This document shows, piece by piece, positions 25,630-28,602 of a stretch of DNA of 28,602 nucleotides; the stretch's first letter is position 1; the number at the start of each line of letters is the position of its first letter. Source of the stretch: an uncultured Clostridia bacterium. Lineage in GTDB: Bacteria > Bacillota > Clostridia > Oscillospirales > Oscillospiraceae. The notes under the pieces were generated by a model that had not been told where the DNA came from, ran no database searches, and was given only the letters and a program-made list of their open reading frames with translations. The stretch covers positions 1 to 28,602 of the forward strand of contig CAMJHX010000001.1 in assembly GCA_946405655.1 (NCBI GenBank). The letters run 5' to 3'. A program made the position numbers and the translations under genes.

Positions 25630-26316
25630 ATGAAACGCATTTATGATTATTTCACGCCCTTCGAGCGCGCGCTCTGGCTGAGCTCCGCGGGGCTGATCAT
25701 CCTGTCCGCCGTGCTCTTTCTCGGCGGCGGGGCGCTCTCTGTCATCACGTCGCTCATCGGCGTCACGTCGCTGATCTTTGCTGCCAAGGGCAACCCGCTC
25801 TCGCAGGCGCTCATGATCGTCTTCAGCCTGCTCTATGGCTGGATCTCCTGGACCTTTTCCTATTACGGCGAGATGATCACCTATCTCGGCATGACCATGC
25901 CCATGGCGGCGTGGAGCCTCATCGCGTGGCTGCGCCATCCGTTCGACGGCAGCCGCGCGCAGGTGGCGGTCAATCGGCTGAGAGCAGGAGAGATCGTCTT
26001 CCTCGCCGTGCTGACCACCGCCGTCACCGTCGGGTTTTATTTCATCCTCCGAGCGTTTCATACGGCGAATCTTCTCCCCAGCACGCTCTCCGTCGCCACA
26101 AGCTTTGCCGCCGCCTATCTCACGGCGCGCCGCAGCGCATGGTTCGCGCTGGCGTATGCCATGAATGATCTTGTGCTGATGGTGCTGTGGCTTCTCGCGT
26201 CGCTCACGGATACGAGCTATTTTACCGTGCTCGTCTGCTTCGCGGTCTTCTTCGTCAACGATCTCTACGGTTTTCTCAGCTGGCTGAACATGCGAAAACG
26301 CCAGAAAATCGCCTGA
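25630..26316 (+). CDS. PnuC-family membrane transporter
   Basis: ATG 25630 behind GGAGG; LIFAAKGNP, YGWISW..YYGEMITY, repeated TM architecture typical of PnuC-like proteins. Confidence 0.8.
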   Translation: MKRIYDYFTPFERALWLSSAGLIILSAVLFLGGGALSVITSLIGVTSLIFAAKGNPLSQALMIVFSLLYGWISWTFSYYGEMITYLGMTMPMAAWSLIAWLRHPFDGSRAQVAVNRLRAGEIVFLAVLTTAVTVGFYFILRAFHTANLLPSTLSVATSFAAAYLTARRSAWFALAYAMNDLVLMVLWLLASLTDTSYFTVLVCFAVFFVNDLYGFLSWLNMRKRQKIA

Positions 26317-26386
26317 TGTTACTTTGCGTTGCTTTCCTTCAGCGCGGAAATTTGCTAGAATGAACGCAGAAAGGAAGGCGATCAAA

Positions 26387-27067
26387 ATGCTGGGTGATCA
26401 TCTCAAGCGCATCCGAAAAGAGCACGGCTTTACGCAGGAGGAGCTCGCCGTGCGCCTGCACGTTGTGCGGCAGACAGTCTCCAAGTGGGAGAAGAATCTC
26501 TCCGTGCCGGACGCGGAGCTGCTGCAGAGGCTGAGTGAGGAGCTGGACGTCCCGGTGTCCGAGCTGCTCGGCGGCGCGGGCGAGCGGGAGAGCACGCAGG
26601 AGCGGCAGGCGATTGCCGAACAGCTCTCGCGCATCAACGAGCAGCTTGCGATCAAAAACCGCCGTTCCCGCCGTGTGTGGACGGTGCTTGCCGTCCTGCT
26701 CGCGGTCATGATCCTCGTTCCGATCCTCGGAGCCGTGCTGTTTAGAGCAGCACCCGGCCAAGGCATGGCAGCGAGCATCACGCTCTCGGAGGATTCTCCG
26801 TATACCAATGAGGATGTGGAAGCTGCGTTTGATGCGGTGCAGAAGTATTTCAAAAAGCAGTGCCGCGACTGTACGCTCGAAACGCTCGTCTATGACGAGG
26901 GCGAGACGCCGCCGCAGGAAGACGTGCTCACCATCGAAGCCCGTTTTCGCACCGGCAGCCATCCCAAGCCGGAGGAGCTTAGGCCAAACCAGACACAGCG
27001 CTGCACGCTGACCGTAAGCCGATCCGAAGCAGGGGAGTGGACGGTCACAGCGTGGAAAATACCGTAA
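26387..27067 (+). CDS. XRE-family HTH regulator with TM helix and C-terminal extracytoplasmic domain (DUF4829-like)
   Basis: ATG 26387 behind AAAGGAAGG; HGFTQEELAVRLHVVRQTVSKWEKNLSVPD; TM WTVLAVLLAVMILVPILGAVLF; TGc-TAGAAT extended -10 at 26353-26361. Confidence 0.85.
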   Translation: MLGDHLKRIRKEHGFTQEELAVRLHVVRQTVSKWEKNLSVPDAELLQRLSEELDVPVSELLGGAGERESTQERQAIAEQLSRINEQLAIKNRRSRRVWTVLAVLLAVMILVPILGAVLFRAAPGQGMAASITLSEDSPYTNEDVEAAFDAVQKYFKKQCRDCTLETLVYDEGETPPQEDVLTIEARFRTGSHPKPEELRPNQTQRCTLTVSRSEAGEWTVTAWKIP

Positions 27068-27118
27068 AAAGAATGAGGCGAATTCGCACCAGTCTGCGAA
27101 TCCGCCTCATTGTTTTTT
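27066..27118. terminator. Bidirectional terminator between the XRE gene and yibE/F
   Basis: AATGAGGCG-A-ATTCGCA-loop-TGCGAAT-C-CGCCTCATT (27072-27111), flanked by A and T runs. Confidence 0.82.
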
Positions 27119-28262
27119 ATTTCTTTCTCCCGTACGTCCACGCTGCGATCGCCGCCGTGATCGGCACGGAGAGGATCACGCCCACGCTGCTCGAAATGCC
27201 GCCGACGAGCTCCCACGAGAGGTAGGCCGAGCTCATCAGCATATGCGGGCTGAGCCCCAGCGAGTAGATATACAGCGTCAGCACCAGCCCGCTGCCGAGA
27301 AAGGCGAGGATGAGCGTGTTCGTCATCGTGCCCACCATGTCGCGCCCGATGTTCATCCCGGAGCGGAAGAGCGCCCTCGCGTCCATCGTTTTGTCCGCCG
27401 TGTGCACCTCCGCGAGCGCAGAGGAGAGGCTCATCGCCACGTCCATCACCGCGCCGAGCGAGGAGAGAATGACGCCAGCGGCGAGCAGCCCGCGCAGCCC
27501 GATCGGCGTGCCGGTCTGCCGCAGCTGCAGCAGCGGCTCCACATCCGCCGAGCGCAGACCGTCGATGCGCAGCAGTCTTTGCGACACCAGCGCAAAGATC
27601 AGCGCGAGCGCCATGCCTGCCACTGTGCCGAGCCATGCGCAGACGGTTTTCTTCTCCACGCCGCCGAGCACCGTGAAGCTCACCGCCGCCACGTACACGC
27701 ACAGCAAAAATGTCGTCGGCAGCGTCGGCGCGCCCTTCATCAGCGCGGGGAACAGCAGCCAGAACACGCCTGCCACCGTGAAGATCAGCCCGATCAGAGA
27801 CTTCGCGCCGGTTTTACCGCCGACCAGCACCGTGATCAGAAGAAACAGCCCCAGCACGATCCAGACCGGTACCGTGCGGTTATACTCATACACCGTCGCG
27901 TTCGCATCGCCGTTTTCATACGTTGAGATCACGAGCGTGCAGCCGTCACCGACCTTCAGCGGCGCGCCGTACAGGGGAGAGACGTAGTTGTAGACCTGCA
28001 TCGTCTCGCCGGCGTACTGCCCGGTCTTCACCTCAACCAGCAGCAGCTGCTCGCCGCGGTATCCGCCGTCGGCGGTCTCGTCCGCCTCCGTGTTGTCCGA
28101 GAGGATCTGCACCACGACGGCGTTTTCATATTCCGCGTAGTCGCCGGTCACCTCCGCTGCCTCGGTTTTCGGCGCGAAGGCCATCCGCGCCAGAACGAAA
28201 ATCAGTGCCGCGATCACCAGCACGATCGCCGACACGCGGTTGTTTTTCAGCCAATCTTTCAA
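27117..28262 (-). CDS. YibE/F family membrane protein
   Basis: TTG start behind AAAGGAGG; YEYNRT, GGKTGAKSL, SLGAVMDVAMSLSS, SGMNIGRDMVGTMTNTLILAFLG. Confidence 0.9.
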   Translation of the reverse strand: MKDWLKNNRVSAIVLVIAALIFVLARMAFAPKTEAAEVTGDYAEYENAVVVQILSDNTEADETADGGYRGEQLLLVEVKTGQYAGETMQVYNYVSPLYGAPLKVGDGCTLVISTYENGDANATVYEYNRTVPVWIVLGLFLLITVLVGGKTGAKSLIGLIFTVAGVFWLLFPALMKGAPTLPTTFLLCVYVAAVSFTVLGGVEKKTVCAWLGTVAGMALALIFALVSQRLLRIDGLRSADVEPLLQLRQTGTPIGLRGLLAAGVILSSLGAVMDVAMSLSSALAEVHTADKTMDARALFRSGMNIGRDMVGTMTNTLILAFLGSGLVLTLYIYSLGLSPHMLMSSAYLSWELVGGISSSVGVILSVPITAAIAAWTYGRKK

Positions 28263-28286
28263 GAAAGGATCCCTCCTTTGTCTTTA

Positions 28287-28315
28287 AAAATAGCAATCCG
28301 GCGCGGACGTGTCAA
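28287..28315 (-). promoter_or_regulatory. Promoter for yibE/F
   Basis: Minus strand TTGACA-17 nt-TATTTT with TG. Confidence 0.65.
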
Positions 28316-28427
28316 GATGTTGCACTCCGAATCGAAACAGACTTCCATATTTTGTGATCTGACCATAGACAAATTGCACGAATTTTTCCCTCGAATCTGA
28401 TCGAATTTCCGAAAATCACGCCGCTCC

Positions 28428-28457
28428 TTGAGCCCCCGGCGGGAACTGTGGTATGAT
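28428..28457 (+). promoter_or_regulatory. Promoter for the final gene
   Basis: TTGAGC-18 nt-TATGAT with extended -10 TG. Confidence 0.55.
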
Positions 28458-28510
28458 ACTATACACATCTTATCGAAACGTGAAATAATATTTTAGGAGG
28501 GATTCATTTC

Positions 28511-28602
28511 ATGAGAACGCAGAAACGAACGCGGTTCCTGAGTGCGCTGATGGCGCTGCTCATGGTGTTCTCGCTGCTCCCGGCGTCCGCGCTGGCAGCA
28601 GA
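28511..28602 (+). CDS. 5' end of a secreted/surface protein (signal peptide only; truncated by window)
   Basis: AGGAGG RBS; MRTQKRTRFLSALMALLMVFSLLPASALAA has basic n-region, hydrophobic h-region and A-x-A cleavage site. Confidence 0.8.
   Translation, partial: MRTQKRTRFLSALMALLMVFSLLPASALAA

Noticed and set aside
28320-28425. TCGAA repeats as Spo0A boxes or a structured RNA
   Set aside because: No exact TGNCGAA match and no convincing stems.

Overview
GC-rich chromosomal housekeeping window from a Clostridia-type Bacillota bacterium, probably Oscillospiraceae-like (inferred from gene content and synteny). I see no mobile element, CRISPR array or rRNA/tRNA. Left to right: the 5' part of glnS (-, absent from the ORF track), a NUDIX hydrolase, a murA-MBL hydrolase-rlmH-DUF2007-phosphomutase run, a short-chain chromate-transporter pair, an unannotated stand-alone 33-codon ORF with its own promoter, RBS and terminator, kimA (-) under a c-di-AMP riboswitch, and a TetR regulator. 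A reduced dcw cluster follows (mraZ, rsmH, ftsL, class B PBP, murE, mraY, ftsW/spoVE, murG, second murA, ftsQ, ftsZ; no murD, murF or ftsA), then yihY, a probable guanidine-IV riboswitch controlling a PnuC-like transporter, an XRE-TM regulator, yibE/F (-) and the start of a secreted protein. Most worth follow-up: (1) the small-peptide unit preceded by a WalR-type direct repeat; (2) a terminator hiding the RBS of the second murA, with a possible sporulation-sigma promoter in it and an internal sigma-A promoter inside that gene; (3) FtsZ with a 93-codon in-frame upstream extension, a non-canonical amphipathic C-terminus and no adjacent ftsA; (4) the riboswitch-PnuC pair. All calls come from manual motif reading; no database searches were run.
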